Shown here: piece by piece, positions 55,242-64,000 of the stretch
How positions within the stretch are numbered: the first letter of the stretch is position 1
How the letters are laid out: each line of letters begins with the position of its first letter
Assembly: GCA_963833985.1 (NCBI GenBank)
Contig: CAWIAD010000002.1
Span: 3,840,001-3,904,000 of the forward strand
Origin: an uncultured Planctomycetaceae bacterium
GTDB taxonomy: Bacteria > Planctomycetota > Planctomycetia > Isosphaerales > Isosphaeraceae
DNA length: 64,000 nucleotides
Direction: 5' to 3'
Notes under the pieces: model-generated
The model's database searches: none
What the model saw: the letters and a program-made list of their open reading frames with translations, nothing else
Told to the model about the DNA's origin: nothing
Translations under genes and position numbers: made by a program

Positions 55242-56658
55242 ATGAACGAAGCGGTGGCCGAGCGACGCCGGTGGGATCTTGCCGCGGAATCCATCGTGGT
55301 GAAGATCCGCTGGTTCGGCGTGATCATGGGTTACGTACTGGTGCAAAGCCGCACGGGATTGCACAACCCCTCGGCGGTGCGCGCGTTTCTTGCCTTGGGT
55401 GCCGGTTACGCCGCGCTGGACCTGGCGTTCTGGAGCATGGGCGAGGTATTTCTGAAACGGCTGCCGCTCTTCGTCTCGCTCATGGAGTCGGTCTTCATTG
55501 CGCTGCTTTGCTTTCACGATACGGGATTGAGCAGTCCGTTCCGCTGGTATTATTTACTCTCGCTGATTTGCTGCGCCATCCGCTACGAGCCGAAAGTCGC
55601 GTGGTGGACGCTGGGATTCCATTCGATAAGCCTGGCCGCTCTCGCCTGGTCGCTGGGGTTCGACGCGAGAAGCGGCGCATCCTGGCCGCTCACTCTGGTG
55701 ATCATGGCGTGGGTAACGTGGGCGAGCGCTTCGCTGGCCGGCCTCTTGAAGGCAGCCGGCTTCCAGTTGCAGAGCCTGAACGCTGAGCTGGTGCAGGCGC
55801 GGGCCGAGCTGGTACACCGTGTCGCCGAGCGGACCGACGCACTCCAGACGTCGCAGGCCCGGATGATCCAGCAAGAGAAGATGGCTGCCTTCGGCCTGCT
55901 GGCCGCGGGGATCGCGCACGAGGTGGGAAACCCCCTGGCCGCGCTCAGCTCGCTGGTGCAGATCCTCAAGCGCAGGGGGCCAGACCCTTATACCTCGGAA
56001 AAGCTCGACCTGGCCGACCGCCAGCTCCACAGGATCGAGCGAACCATACGCGAGCTGATCGATTTTTCGAGGCCCGCATCCCGGGCCATCACCCGCACGC
56101 GGCTCTGCGAGGCCGTCGACGAGGCCCTGGGGATCGCCAAGTATTACCAGCGGACCAAGGAGCGGCAGATTTCCACCGAGATCCCGGGGAACCTGCCGCC
56201 GGTACTCGTGGTTCGAGACTACCTGACCCAGGTGATCCTGAACCTGGTGCTCAACGCGATTGACGCGACCGACGACCGCGGTGAGATCCATCTTCGCGCC
56301 ACGGAATCCGACGGCTGGATCGAGCCTCAGCGTGGAGGACAACGGCCGGGGCATCTCGCTGGCGGACCGCTGCCGGCTGTTCCAGCCCTTCTTCACGACG
56401 AAGCGGCATGGCACGGGACTGGGCCTGTTCGTCAGCCGCCAGATCCTCCAGGAATTCGCGGCGACGCTGACCTTCCACTCGGAGCCGGGACGCGGCTCGA
56501 CATTCATGATCCGCATCCCCTGGGAACCATTCCCGACCGCGCCGGCGGTCGGCCCCGGAGCCGGTCCAGGCGAAGCGGCCAGTGCATCGCAGGCTGACTC
56601 GGGGCAGCCGGAGAAGTCGGGCCGCCATGCCCTGGTGGCCGCGATCCTTGACCTCTGA
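55242..56658 (+). CDS. Membrane sensor histidine kinase (frameshift near 56325)
   Basis: TM helices, AHEVGNPL, NLVLNAIDA, DNGRG and FFTTK..GTGLGL. Confidence 0.92.
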
Positions 56659-56738
56659 CCGCTGACCCGCTCGGCCTTGTAAGGTAGGCAGAGCCACCCG
56701 CGGCTCGCCGGGACACCCCCTGGAACCGAGACACCTCG

Positions 56739-58162
56739 ATGAGCATGGCGCCGCGGCAGGAAAGCACGACCACGAAGGAAGCCGAGATCCGAGAACCGCG
56801 CGGCCGGGTCCTGATCGTCGATGACGAGGAAGTCATTGCACTGACGCTCAGGGAGTTCCTCCTGGAGGAACGTTACGAGGTCGCAACCGCCATGAGCATG
56901 CCCCAGGCGCTGGGGCTCGTGGCATCGTTCGAGCCCGATGTCGTGCTCTGCGATATTCAGCTCCCCGGTGGCGACGGTCTGACTCTGCTGGACCGTTCGC
57001 TCAAGCTTCGGCCCGAAACGCTCTTCATCATGATCACGGCCTATGCCACAGTGGAGAACGCGGTCGCCGCGTTCCAGCGTGGGGCCCACGATTACCTGAT
57101 GAAGCCGGTGATGTTCGACGAGCTCCTTGCCAAGATCGACCGGCTCATGAGATATCGTCGCCTGCTGCTGGAGAACCAGGCGCTCCGTCGCCAGTTTCAC
57201 GCGCGTGAAGACCTGATGACGCTGGTCGGCAGCAGCCCCGGCATGCAATCCGTGAAAACCCTGATACGCAAGGTGGGCCCCACGCGGAGCACCGTTTTGA
57301 TCACCGGGGAATCGGGAACCGGCAAGGAGCTGGTGGCCCGTGCCCTGCACACCTGCGGGTCTGAGCCGGAGTCCGTATTCCTGGCCATCAATGGTGCGGC
57401 AATTCCTCACGACCTGCTGGAAAACCAGCTCTTCGGCCATGTCCGGGCGCCTTCACCGGCGCCGACCGAGACCACGCGGGGCTGTTCGTGGCCGCGGGAC
57501 GAGGGACCGTGTTCCTCGACGAGATCGGCGAGCTGGGCAAGTCGACCCAGGCCAAGCTGCTGCGTGCCATCGAGAACAAGGAGGTCTTGCCAGTCGGCGC
57601 CAACCGGCCTGTCTCGTTCCAGGCCCGGCTGGTGACGGCCACGAACAAGGACCTGCCGGCCGAGGTCTCCGCCGGCAGGTTCCGTGAAGATCTGTATTAT
57701 CGTTTGAACGTGGTATCAATTCATCTCCCGCCCTTGCGCGACCGCCGCGAGGACATTCCGGAACTGGTCTCCGTATTGCTTGCCAAGCACGCCGCTCGGC
57801 TGGGAAAGCACGTCCAGGGCGTGGACAACGCCACCGTTCGCGGGCTGATGGCGGCCGCCTGGAAAGGGAACGTCCGCGAGCTCGACAACGCGCTGGAACG
57901 TGCCCTGATCCTGGGAGATGGACTGATACTCACTCCCGACGATTTTCCCCCCGGTCTGATGCCGGAAGCCGAGGCCGAGAGCGGCGGTGCCGGCCGGGAT
58001 CATCTCCGGACCGCTCTGCGCGATTACGAGCGGCAGCACATCCTGCGCGTGCTCAAGGAGTGTGGCGACGACAAGCGCGAGGCGGCTCGCCGCCTGGGAC
58101 TGGGCCTCTCCTCGCTTTATCGCAAGCTCGACGAACTGGAGTCTCGCCCCACCCTCCTTTAG
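56739..58162 (+). CDS. Sigma-54-dependent response regulator, NtrC/AtoC-like (frameshift near 57448)
   Basis: Receiver domain, GESGTGKE, a disrupted GAFTGA loop, FLDEIGE, FREDLYYRL, WKGNVREL and a Fis-type HTH. Confidence 0.93.
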
Positions 58163-58339
58163 CCGCCTTACCGGGCCGACCATGGAGAGTGGAGAGCTGG
58201 TCGCCCCTGATGCGCGGCCGGTACCGATTGACGAACCATCGTTCGCGAATCCATGATGAAATCCAGATGAAGGCCGTGCGTTCCGTGCTTCCGCTCTGAC
58301 CGCTGCCTCAGGTAGGGTCGAACCCGGCGGGCGACACTC

Positions 58340-59033
58340 ATGCGCTGCACTCGATGTGATGGCCTGGCTGTTCCGCAGGCCGTGGGAATCGCCCCCGACG
58401 GACGGGTCGTCTTCGGCTGGTGCCTGCAATGCCTGGCCGATTCAGACTGCCGGCTGGTGGAGGTGCCCGCTACCGGAATGATCCATCTCCGGCATGCACT
58501 GCCGGGCAGCGGACAGGTCGGAAAGGCTGCGCACTGCGAACCTCGCGGCCAGCGCGGACCAGTCTTGCTGGGTCGTCGCCGTCATCGCGTTCTTGCTGAT
58601 GAGCTGGGGCCTGATCTTGCTGGCCGCCGGTCTCTTCAGCGCGGCAGCCGCCACCCCGGCGGCCAGCCCCCTGGGAAACGGCACGCCCGCAATGCTGAAG
58701 ATTGGCGGCGTGGCTACCACCTTGATGGGCCTGGTTCTCACGGTGGTCCTGTGGCGGGCGAAATGGCCTTCCGGCTCACTTCTTCTGGGTCTCGTCCGGT
58801 GGTTCTCGCTGCTGGCAGGACTGGGGATCCTGATTTACGGCTTCATCGATTTTCAGCCCGGGCGCCGGCTCGCGGTTCTATCGAGCAGTGGCCTGGCCCT
58901 GGGAATCGCGCTGTTGACACGATGGCTGGCGCGTTCCATACCGGACAGGACCGATCCGGCCGCACCTCTGCTTTCCAGAAGGCCGGTCACGGCCGAGGAC
59001 AGGTCAGGAGCCGGTCACTCGCGACGCTCGTGA
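58340..59033 (+). CDS. Hypothetical membrane protein with N-terminal CxxC..CxxC (frameshift near 58495)
   Basis: MRCTRC...WCLQC followed by about 4 TM helices in ORF 58494..59033. Confidence 0.55.
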
Positions 59034-59074
59034 GCACGACTGTACCGTGATCAAGTCAGCGTGACCTTCCCGGA

Positions 59075-62000
59075 TCAATGCGCCACGGCCGGGTCCTTCA
59101 CCTCGCCTGCATCGTGCCAGCCAAGCCCGAGAGTGCCGAGTTGCTGCCGCAACAGCGCGAGATCGCACATTCGTACCGCGCGCTCCATGGGAATGAGAAT
59201 CCCGAGGTAGCGCCCATCCGGGCTGAAGTGGATCGTGCTGGCTGTGCGATTGACGCGCGGATTGATGCGCCAGAGTTCGGTGAGCCCCTCCTGGCCCACT
59301 TGCCACAGCATGGTCGAGTGATCTCGCGAACAGGTGGCGAGGTACTGGCCGCTGGGATGGAAAATAAGCTCGGTGATCGTCTCGGCGTGGGCCTGGGTAT
59401 GAAACAGGAGGAGGCCATCCTCGAGCCGAACCACGTCCAGGCCTCCATGCTGCGTTCCGCATGCCAGAACGGTCTGCTTGGGGCTGATGGCCGCGATGCG
59501 GACTGGCCCGCTGGCCTGCGCGGTATGGTCAATACGGCCGTCGCTGGCACGGAGGATGATCAGCTCCCCCGTCTCGGTCGCCGCGGCGATCCAGGAACTG
59601 CCGGCCGCAATGCAGAGGAGGGCTGGCCGTGCACCACCCCTGGCCCCCGCGGGAACGGTCCATGACGACTCGGGCACGAGGTCCCAGAATCGCCAGCAAG
59701 TGACGCGGTTGCCCTGGACGATTCCCCACAGCCATCGTCCGTCCGGCGCGAAGCAGACGGGTGTTGTCGAGCCGATGCACTGGGCGACGTGTCCGGCGTC
59801 CTGGCCGTCGACGGCCACCACCAGGAGCCGGTCGCCAGCCTGGATCAACACCTGGCGACGGCCCGGAAGCGCCGTCAACTGAATACGCTGGACCGAGCCT
59901 GGCTGGTCCATGTTCAAAGCCAGAGACCGGACCGGGTCTGTCGCGGGTCCGCTCCAGAGCTCCAGGTTCACCGAGCGCAGGGACGAGGAAGTCACCTGGT
60001 CACGGATCGCGACGATCTCCGGACCGATCGAGGGATCGACCGAAGAAAGAAACTCGAAATCGTGAATGACCTCTCGCCCGATCGCCTTGACCGTGGTGAC
60101 ATCACGCCCGAGCAAATCGTAGAGTTGCACGCCGGCACTCGTGCCCACGGCCAGCAGGTGGCCCGCCGGATGGAATACGGGGAAAACCCCGGATTCCGAG
60201 CTCACAGGCAGGCGCAGGAGCAACCGCTGCGCGGCAACGTCCCAGAGCTTGACGGTCTGATCGAGTGCGCCAGAGACGACCAGGCTGCCATCGGGGCTGA
60301 ACTCGACGTGACAGCAGGCGTCTTCATGGGCCACCCCGAGTTCCGGGTCGATCATGCCGGCGCGCGACGGCGGCCCGCCGATGCTGAGCGTCCCCGATCC
60401 GTCGCAGCCCAGGGCAAAACTCTTTCCGTTCTTCGAGACGGCAACTCGGCACGGCTTGCAGAGGTTCGCCACGGCCGCCTGCGGAAACGGGTCGGCCCGC
60501 GTGGATCCATCCGCGTTCAGGCAGGTCATTCCAGAGGCCCCACCGCAGGCCGCGACGGTGCCGTCTCGATTGACGGCCAGCTCGTCGAGCCGGCCGTCGA
60601 GCCGCCGGGAACGAAGCGCGCGCCAGGTTCCGCTTGCGTCCACGTGATGGAAGACCACCGTGCCGTCGCTCCAGCCACAGGCCAGCGATGGCGGACGCGA
60701 GACGAAGCCCAGGCCAACCACCGCACCGCCTGGGTGAGGGACCACCCTCGGGTGCGGAGAATTCAGCGGATCGTTCCAGACCACGAGCGAACCGTCCCTC
60801 GATCCCGCGGCCAGCCAGCGGCCGTCCGGGCTGAAGGCCAGCGCCGAGACGCCCGAGGCATTGTCCCCGGCCTCCGCAGGCATGAGCAGCTCAAGTGCAA
60901 TCCGCGTGGTTCTGGTGTCGATGATCTGGACCCGGCTTGAAGGACTGCCCGAGCGTTCGCCGGCCGCCAGCCAGCGGCCGTCCGCACTGAAGCACAGGCA
61001 GGAGACGTCGAACAGGGGGATTGTCTGGCGCAACCGCAGGTCCACTTCACCCAGGCAGGTCACGGCCAGGCTGCGCAGAGTGGCGACGGACCGCAGAGGG
61101 GTGGCGATCCGCCGGGCCTGGACAATCTGGTCCAGGCCCGCGGCCACCCATCCTGGCTGGCGGATGAGAACCTGTTCACGCGCGGTCTTCTCGGCCGAGG
61201 CGTAAGCGAGCGATTTCAGCTCGGCGTCGCGTAGCTCGGACCAGTGCCAGACCGCCGTGGCCGACGCGATGCCGCAGAGCGCGGCGGTCAGCAGCATGAG
61301 CAGCAAGAGCCTGTGCCGGCCCAGCCAGCGGACTGCACGCGTCGACCGCGGCTCAAGATAGGCGTCGACCGTGGCGTCTGCCAGCCAGTGTTCGATGTCA
61401 TCGGCGAGCCCATGCGCTGAACCGTAGCGGTCTTCGGGCCGCACGCTCATCGCCCGCATGCAAATTGCGTCAAGTGCCGCGGGCGTATCCGCGTTGAGCT
61501 TTCTGGGAAGCACGACGTGGCCGCGCTCCACTCGCTGCATGACCTGGGCGACGGTCGCGCCGGTAAACGGCAGCTTACCGGTGAGGAGGACGTAGAGGGT
61601 CGCCCCCAGGCTGAAGACATCGCTGGCGGGTCCAACCCGCGGCCAGTCGCCGGCCTGCTGTTCGGGGCTGGCGAAACCCAGGGTACCAATTCCTGTCTCG
61701 GTACTCGAGCTCACCGCCGGCGCCATCGGCCGAGGGATGCCGGGGCGAGCAAGGTGTGATCTCGTGGTCGCCGTAGCGCTTGGTCAGGCCCCAGTCCACC
61801 ACGAGGGTCACATCGAAGTCCCCCAGCAGGATATGCTCGGGCTTGAGGTCGCGGTGCAGGAATCCCCGGCTATGTGCGTAAGCCACCGTCACGCAGGCCG
61901 ACCTGAACCGCTGTAGCAGGGAGCGGAACTCGGCGTCCCGCCGGAGCGGCACGCGCAAGGGCAGCGATCGGGCCTGGCGGGCCGCGTGGTATTCGGCGAT

Positions 62001-62549
62001 GGCCGCCTTCAACGTCTTCCCCGTGACAAACCGCATGGCGTAGCAGAGCCGGCCCCCGGCATCCTGTCCCAGGCCATGCACCGGCACGATTCCGGGATGT
62101 TCCAGCGAGGCCGTCACCGCGACCTCGCGCAAGAACCGCAGCCGCAGCTCACCGGCCGCGAACGTGCTGCTCGATTCCCCGGGGAACTTCAAGGCCAGGT
62201 CGCGTCCCAGACGGTAGTCGCGCGCCTTGAAAACCGTACCCAGGCCCCCCCGAGCATGGAATTTCAGGTTCTCCAGCCTCATGGTGACGACCGCGGATCC
62301 GGGATCACCGGATGGTTCCGGCACGCGCCGGGGCAGGTCTCCCGTGGATGTGTCGGCCAGAGCGTTCCAGTGCTGCAAGGCCTGGATCCTTCGCTTCACC
62401 TCGGCCAGCAGGTCCGGGCATTCGCGGCAAAGCTCGGCCGGATCGATATCCTCCCCGCGATCCCTCGCCTCGTCCCAGAGCGTGATGACCTCATCGATCC
62501 GCTCCTGGACCGGGTCCTCGTCTGAGGGCTGGCTCGATGCTTCGGGCAC
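59075..62549 (-). CDS. Ser/Thr protein kinase with TM helix and WD40 repeats (frameshift near 61735)
   Basis: RGGLG.V, ALK, HPGIVPV, HRDLKP, DWGL, SPEQ and SDVFSLG kinase motifs. FSPDG WD repeats. Confidence 0.92.
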
Positions 62550-62559
62550 GCTGCACCTC

Positions 62560-63213
62560 TCAGATCCCCGGCAGCCGGCCTTCCAGGGCGTCGTAGATCG
62601 CCAGCCGGGCGGAGTTCCAGCGTGTGCGGATCGTACGCACACTGACGGCCTGCACGCGGGCCACCTGGCCCTGGGTCATGCCGTGGTACCAGATCAGGTC
62701 GAACACCTCGCGCTGGGGTTCCGGTAGCCGGGCAGCCACCTCGTGAAATTCCGTCCATTGATCGAGGTGCGTTATGCTCTCACGGGACGACAGCCGTCCC
62801 GGGTTGGGGGCGTGGCGGATCATGATGGTCTCCTCCTCCACGGCCGACAGGTCCGGCTCATCGCTCGCCAGTGTGAGGAGGTAGGGCCGGCTGCGGTAAT
62901 GACGGGCGAGGTTCAGCAGCTCGCGACGGATCTGCGCCGCGGAAAGCCGGATCAGGTCGCGCGTGCTCCCCGGCGATACTGCCCGCAGCGCCGCCGAGAG
63001 CCTGAGAACGGCGTTCTGAAAGACGTCGTCGGTTTGCTCGCACCGGTGCACCAGCGGGTATTCGCGGATCATCTTCTGCGTCATTGCCCGGAGCCGGCGC
63101 TCGAACCGGACGAGCAGCTCGTTGAGCGCGTCTTGATCACCCGCATGAAGCCGCTCCAGCCACATGTGGATCATGGCGGTCTCACCCGGAATCGTTACGT
63201 CTTCCTTTCCCAT
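62560..63213 (-). CDS. ECF sigma factor of the planctomycete kinase-associated type
   Basis: GDQDALNELL, TDDVFQ, IRRELLNLARH and LPEPQREVFDL..YHGMTQ..VSVRTIRTRW. Confidence 0.9.
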   Translation of the reverse strand: MGKEDVTIPGETAMIHMWLERLHAGDQDALNELLVRFERRLRAMTQKMIREYPLVHRCEQTDDVFQNAVLRLSAALRAVSPGSTRDLIRLSAAQIRRELLNLARHYRSRPYLLTLASDEPDLSAVEEETIMIRHAPNPGRLSSRESITHLDQWTEFHEVAARLPEPQREVFDLIWYHGMTQGQVARVQAVSVRTIRTRWNSARLAIYDALEGRLPGI

Positions 63214-63502
63214 CCGGCTCGCCTCGGCGGACGTCGTCGTAGGTCATCTCCGGCCGAGTTCGCAGGCCGCGTCCATACCGCGGCCGCTTCCGACCTGCCC
63301 GCGCCATCTGGCTCGCGCCCCGATCCAGCACGGATCGGCAATTGTCAGGCTCAAGGAACCTATGCCCTATAAGAACATTCGGCGCCGACGATTTCCAAAA
63401 AAAAATCGCGGTTCGCTTCCTCTCGGGCACTTGCGCGGGGCTTGGTCTTCCTGGAGAGCGCGATCTGCATGCGCCCGAGCGCGCGCCGGAAGAGAACCAC
63501 TG

Positions 63503-63841
63503 ATGGACGATGATCTCTCGGCTTTCAGCTGTCAGAATGAAAGTTGCCCGGATTTCGGAAAGCAAGGCAAGCACAACTTGAAGGTGGATAGCCGTTACGG
63601 GCACCGTGGCACGTTTCGAATGTTACTCTGTCGTACGTGCAAGCAACGATTCTCTGAACGAAAAGGAACGGCGCTTTTCGGATCCCAGTTATCGACAGAG
63701 ACCATCCGTGTCATCATGCAATGCTTGGATGACGGCAAGAGCGTCCGCGAAGTCGCCCGCATCGCAGGAGTCAACCGGAACACCGTTGTCCGGTACAGCC
63801 GCTTGAGAGCCCAGCTTCGGGATGAAGAAAAGCCAGAGTGA
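63503..63841 (+). CDS. Stand-alone IS1 InsA-like zinc ribbon plus HTH protein
   Basis: CQNESC...CRTCKQRFSERKGT, then GKSVREVARIAGVNRNTV. No DDE ORF is visible in the remaining window. Confidence 0.7.
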   Translation: MDDDLSAFSCQNESCPDFGKQGKHNLKVDSRYGHRGTFRMLLCRTCKQRFSERKGTALFGSQLSTETIRVIMQCLDDGKSVREVARIAGVNRNTVVRYSRLRAQLRDEEKPE

Positions 63842-64000
63842 GGCCGATCCACTCGCGGTGAGGTCGCCACCAAGTCTTGCCAGGACGGTGCCGGTGCGAC
63901 CTCCACCACGGTTCTGGCCGGAGCCATGTCGGGCTAACGGCTGGGGAGCATCGGCACGGGAGCCAGGGCCGGTTCAAAGAGCGTTCACAGCCACACTTTC

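Overview
A 64 kb GC-rich bacterial chromosome segment, most likely from a planctomycete of the Isosphaeraceae type. The supporting signs are LExRxLL-type N-terminal export motifs, an ECF sigma factor paired with a Ser/Thr kinase-WD40 protein, and a GYF_2 protein. Most of the window is housekeeping or metabolic: phosphohexomutase, bcp, archease, ftsH, rsmG fused to a SpoU methyltransferase, hisD/hisC/hisB, glycosyltransferases and a two-component system. Many genes, including near-essential ones, have single-base frameshifts, which look like long-read indel errors. The most unusual feature is the comM (YifB/Mg-chelatase-like ATPase) locus at about 11.8-18.9 kb. An intact comM is followed by a RelE-type toxin-antitoxin (TA) pair, an intact IS4 and gene fragments. 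Next comes a second, 5'-truncated comM allele that differs mostly at synonymous sites. This second copy is interrupted just before the Walker A motif by a 208-bp one-gene mini-cassette with att-like ends, and is followed by another TA-like pair. A third comM 3' tail, with its downstream promoter/RBS region, lies inverted at about 48.4 kb. No integrase gene is visible in the window. Other points of interest are an octaheme Hao-like cytochrome with a His-rich membrane partner, a large cytochrome c/QW-repeat/HEAT protein, an ECF sigma factor with a signal-peptide-like N-terminus, and a MITE with a nested REP-like hairpin.
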